Of a stretch of DNA of 64,000 nt, positions 62,686 through 64,000 are shown in pieces. A model generated the notes under the pieces. That model saw nothing but the letters and a program-made list of their open reading frames with translations. It was not told the DNA's origin and made no database searches. This DNA is from Squalus acanthias (taxonomy: Eukaryota). The stretch spans positions 58,652,001 to 58,716,000 of the forward strand of contig CM059438.1 of the NCBI GenBank assembly GCA_030390025.1. Direction: 5' to 3'. How positions within the stretch are numbered: the first letter of the stretch is position 1; each line of letters opens with the position of its first letter. Made by a program: the position numbers and the translations under genes.

Positions 62686-63590
62686 TAGTCAGACAGTGAG
62701 CGGGAGGGTCTGGGGAGGGGGTTACAGTCAGACAGTGAGCGGGAGGGTCCGGGGAGGGGGTTACAGTCAGACAGTGAGCGGGAGGGTCCGGGGAGGGGGT
62801 TACAGTCAGACAGTGAGCGGGAGGGTCCGGGGAGGGGGTTACAGTCAGAGTGAGTGAGGGGGGAGTCGGAGGAGGGGGGGTTACAGTCAGACAGTGAGCG
62901 GGGGAGGGGGGTTACAGTCAGACAGTGAGCGGGGGAGGGGGGTTACAGTCAGACAGTGAGGGGGAGTTACAGTCAGGCAGTGAGCGGGGGAGGGGGTTTA
63001 CAGTCAGACAGTGAGCGGGGGAGTCGGGTTACAGTCAGACAGTGAGCGGGGGAGTCGGGTTACGGTCAGACTGAGCGGGGGAGTCGGGTTACAGTCAGAC
63101 AGTGAGCGGGGGAGGGGGGTTACAGTCAGACAGTGAGCGGAAGTCGGGGGAGGGGGTTACAGTCAGACTGAGCGGGGGAGGGGGGTTACAGTCAGACAGT
63201 GAGCGGGGGAGTCGGGTTACAGTCAGACAGTGAGCGGGGGAGTCGGGTTACAGTCAGACAGTGAGCGGGGGAGGGGGGTTACAGTCAGACAGTGAGCGGA
63301 AGTCGGGGGGAGGGTTACAGTCAGACTGAGCGGGGGAGGGGGGTTACAGTCAGACTGAGCGGGGAGGGGGGGTTACAGTCAGACTGAGCGGGGGAGGGGG
63401 GGTTACAGTCAGACTGAGCGGGGGAGGGGGGGTTACAGTCAGACTGAGCGGGGGAGGGGGGGGTTACAGTCAGACAGTGAGCGGGGGAGTCGGGGGAGGG
63501 GGGGTTTACAGTCAGACAGTGAGCGGGGGAGTCGGGGGAGGGGGGGTTTACAGTCTCACAGTGAGTGGGGGGGAGGGTCTCCGGGGAGGT
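62686..63590. repeat. About 30-40-bp G-rich minisatellite in the presumed 3' UTR
   Basis: Unit gggttacagtcagacagtgagcgggggagg. Confidence 0.95.
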
Positions 63591-63857
63591 TAGTTTTAAT
63601 CCCACAGTAATGCTGGTCCTTGATGCGGAGAGCTTTTATTGAAGTGTCCAGGTGTGGGACTCTCTCACTGGGCGATGGCCTGACTCCCGCTGCGTTCTGT
63701 ATCCACTCTGAGGGCGGGCCTGTCGTGCGTTTACAGGCTCGTGCTGAGTGACCCAGAGCCTGCGTGCTTTGTCAGCTCTCCAGCCAACACTCTGAGGGAC
63801 AACCTCAAATTATTTTTGTAACTGTGCATCAAAATTTTGTTTTTAATATAGAATTGA

Positions 63858-63863
63858 AATAAA
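63858..63863 (+). promoter_or_regulatory. Candidate polyadenylation signal of nvd
   Basis: First AATAAA noticed downstream of the stop, in an AT-rich context. Confidence 0.55.
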
Positions 63864-64000
63864 GTGTAATTTAACGCTGTGCAACTTATTTAAAATTAGG
63901 AGGAGCCACTGACCTCTTCTCCCTCCGCCCTGCCTCAGCTTTAATTCGCTGGCTACTCGCGAGCTTTGATTTTGGTAGGGCCGAAGCCCAGGTCACTTCG

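Overview
Repeat-dense vertebrate genomic DNA, inferred to be from a cartilaginous fish (shark-type CR1 LINEs, Deu-domain and V-domain SINEs, Penelope-like elements). There is one host gene: a complete 7-exon neverland/DAF-36 family Rieske cholesterol 7-desaturase on the + strand (40933-62250, about 430 aa, all splice phases consistent), preceded by a 3.5-kb 29-bp satellite and containing several G-rich minisatellites. Upstream is a two-LTR endogenous retrovirus (17647-25320, - strand, tRNA-Ser PBS, 4-bp TSD) inserted in a 22-bp satellite. It has no visible PR or RT polymerase domain, two divergent RNaseH-HHCC modules, a small TM ORF and an SU-less mini-env. A second, related LTR-element remnant (about 31032-36170) shares its leader region but carries a different type of envelope-like gene. 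Also present: Penelope-like elements with minimal hammerhead ribozymes, a tandem tRNA-Gln/tRNA-Gly pseudogene pair, Harbinger- and hAT-type non-autonomous transposons, many CR1 fragments and a 500-N gap. All calls were made by eye; repeat boundaries are approximate unless a TSD or splice site is quoted.
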